A stretch of 30,377 nucleotides of DNA from the IMG/VR virus record IMGVR_UViG_3300022554_000033. The stretch is one strand, 5' to 3'. This document shows positions 29,572 to 30,377 of the stretch, in pieces. The notes under the pieces were generated by a model. The model was not told the DNA's origin. It saw nothing but the letters and a program-made list of their open reading frames with translations, and ran no database searches. The number at the start of each line of letters is the position of its first letter. The first letter of the stretch is position 1. This stretch comes from a virus. The position numbers and the translations under genes were made by a program.

Positions 29572-30377
29572 TCATATTCTTCTACTTTCTAACACGCTCA
29601 AGATCTGCAGTACTTCTTCGTCCGTCGCTGGGATCTTTCCCCCGTTTGCGTTCATGATCACCTCGGCGTCGTAGGACTCCAGCAGTATTGCCAGTAGGTC
29701 ATGGTTAGTTTGTGTTTCTGGCTTTTGTACTGGAATTTCTGGTATGGACTCTGTTCCCGAAGTCAGCCATTCAATCACCGGCAGCATGAATTCCGGACCA
29801 GGCTTTTCGATCTTGAGATCGGCTACTGCTGGACAGCGGCTTTTAGAGACTGTCATAATGTGCGACCAGTCGATGTCACATACCAGGTCGAATTCGTACT
29901 CTACGCCGGGCCTCTGCACTGGCGCCATGCCCACCCGCCGTACCACGGTTTTGCCTTGCTCGTTGATTTCTTGAACATACTCCATCCGGCTGCGCATGGT
30001 AGTGATGACGTGGCATGGCGATTGCAGGATACTGTCCACCATACGGTTATGGATTGGAGTCACCGTTCTCCATGCAGTGTAATTGTTGCCTGGCGCCCGG
30101 TCTTTGATCTCCAACGCCCCTCCAACGCCTTCCCATGCGTGCGAGAGCGAATCGATCACCAATACCGCGTAACCCATACGTCCCGCCGCCAGCACTGCCT
30201 CGGTGTATCGCTCTGGTGAAAATGTGGTGAGCTCAAGTACATCAAATTCCCAGGGGATTCCATCGACAATTTCCCCTGCATATTTAGATGCACTGCCTCT
30301 TTCTGTGTCGATCACGGCGATCCTGCCGCCGTTTACCAGCGCGTGGGCGAAGCGCAGCGCCGTATAGGTCTTTCCCG
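29572..30377 (-). CDS. Sak4-like (AAA_24) recombination ATPase; 5' end continues at 1..191 after the circular junction
   Basis: Walker B VLVIDSLSHAW, with the AAA_24-like C-terminal half. The ORF is open to the window end. The full gene is 870 nt in the 30250-bp circle when started at the ATG equivalent to position 191. Confidence 0.85.
   Translation of the reverse strand, partial: GKTYTALRFAHALVNGGRIAVIDTERGSASKYAGEIVDGIPWEFDVLELTTFSPERYTEAVLAAGRMGYAVLVIDSLSHAWEGVGGALEIKDRAPGNNYTAWRTVTPIHNRMVDSILQSPCHVITTMRSRMEYVQEINEQGKTVVRRVGMAPVQRPGVEYEFDLVCDIDWSHIMTVSKSRCPAVADLKIEKPGPEFMLPVIEWLTSGTESIPEIPVQKPETQTNHDLLAILLESYDAEVIMNANGGKIPATDEEVLQILSVLESRRI
30251..30377. repeat. Terminal direct repeat, copy 2 (identical to 1..127)
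   Basis: Exact match, checked block by block. Confidence 0.97.

Larger units (their letters stand above)
1..30377. mobile_element. Complete temperate tailed-phage genome (siphovirus-like, HK97-fold head), circular permutation; true unit length 30250 bp
   Basis: All modules are present: lysogeny (repressor, integrase, tRNA), early/recombination/replication, lysis, packaging, head, tail. There is an exact 127-bp terminal overlap and one ORF runs across the window ends. Confidence 0.9.

Overview
The window is one complete, circularly permuted temperate tailed-phage genome (siphovirus-like, HK97-fold capsid). Bases 1-127 are identical to 30251-30377, so the real unit is 30,250 bp. The window ends cut through one gene, a Sak4-like ATPase. 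Almost everything is transcribed on the minus strand. Transcription starts at a perfect consensus early promoter (3069-3097). In order it covers: a Cro-like RHH protein; a chain of overlapping micro-ORFs including a HicA-like toxin domain; a highly expressed 232-aa orphan; an ERCC4/HhH nuclease; the Sak4-like ATPase (across the junction); a Cas4-like exonuclease; a J-domain protein, zinc-ribbon protein and vWA protein trio; a VirE-like SF3 helicase; a palindrome/iteron block; a primase-polymerase; small ORFs; a late promoter plus terminator; then lysis (holin, XhlA-like, GH25-SH3b endolysin), TerS/TerL, portal, MuF with an extra C-terminal domain, a gp10-like protein, prohead protease, HK97 major capsid protein, connectors, tail tube, a frameshifted chaperone pair, tape measure, an elaborated Dit (CBM plus six-bladed propeller), a tail tip protein and a C1q-like fibre. 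Only the lysogeny module is on the plus strand: XRE repressor, an AT-rich orphan ORF, a full tRNA-Glu flanked by 11-bp repeats, and a tyrosine integrase. The best candidates for undescribed biology are (i) the translationally coupled HARP-like/J-domain + Zn-ribbon + vWA trio, (ii) the palindrome/iteron block between helicase and primase-polymerase, (iii) the HicA-like micro-ORF chain at the head of the early operon, (iv) the MuF C-terminal toxin-like domain and (v) the promoter-terminator pair ahead of the late genes. All family assignments come from motif recognition by eye; no searches were run.
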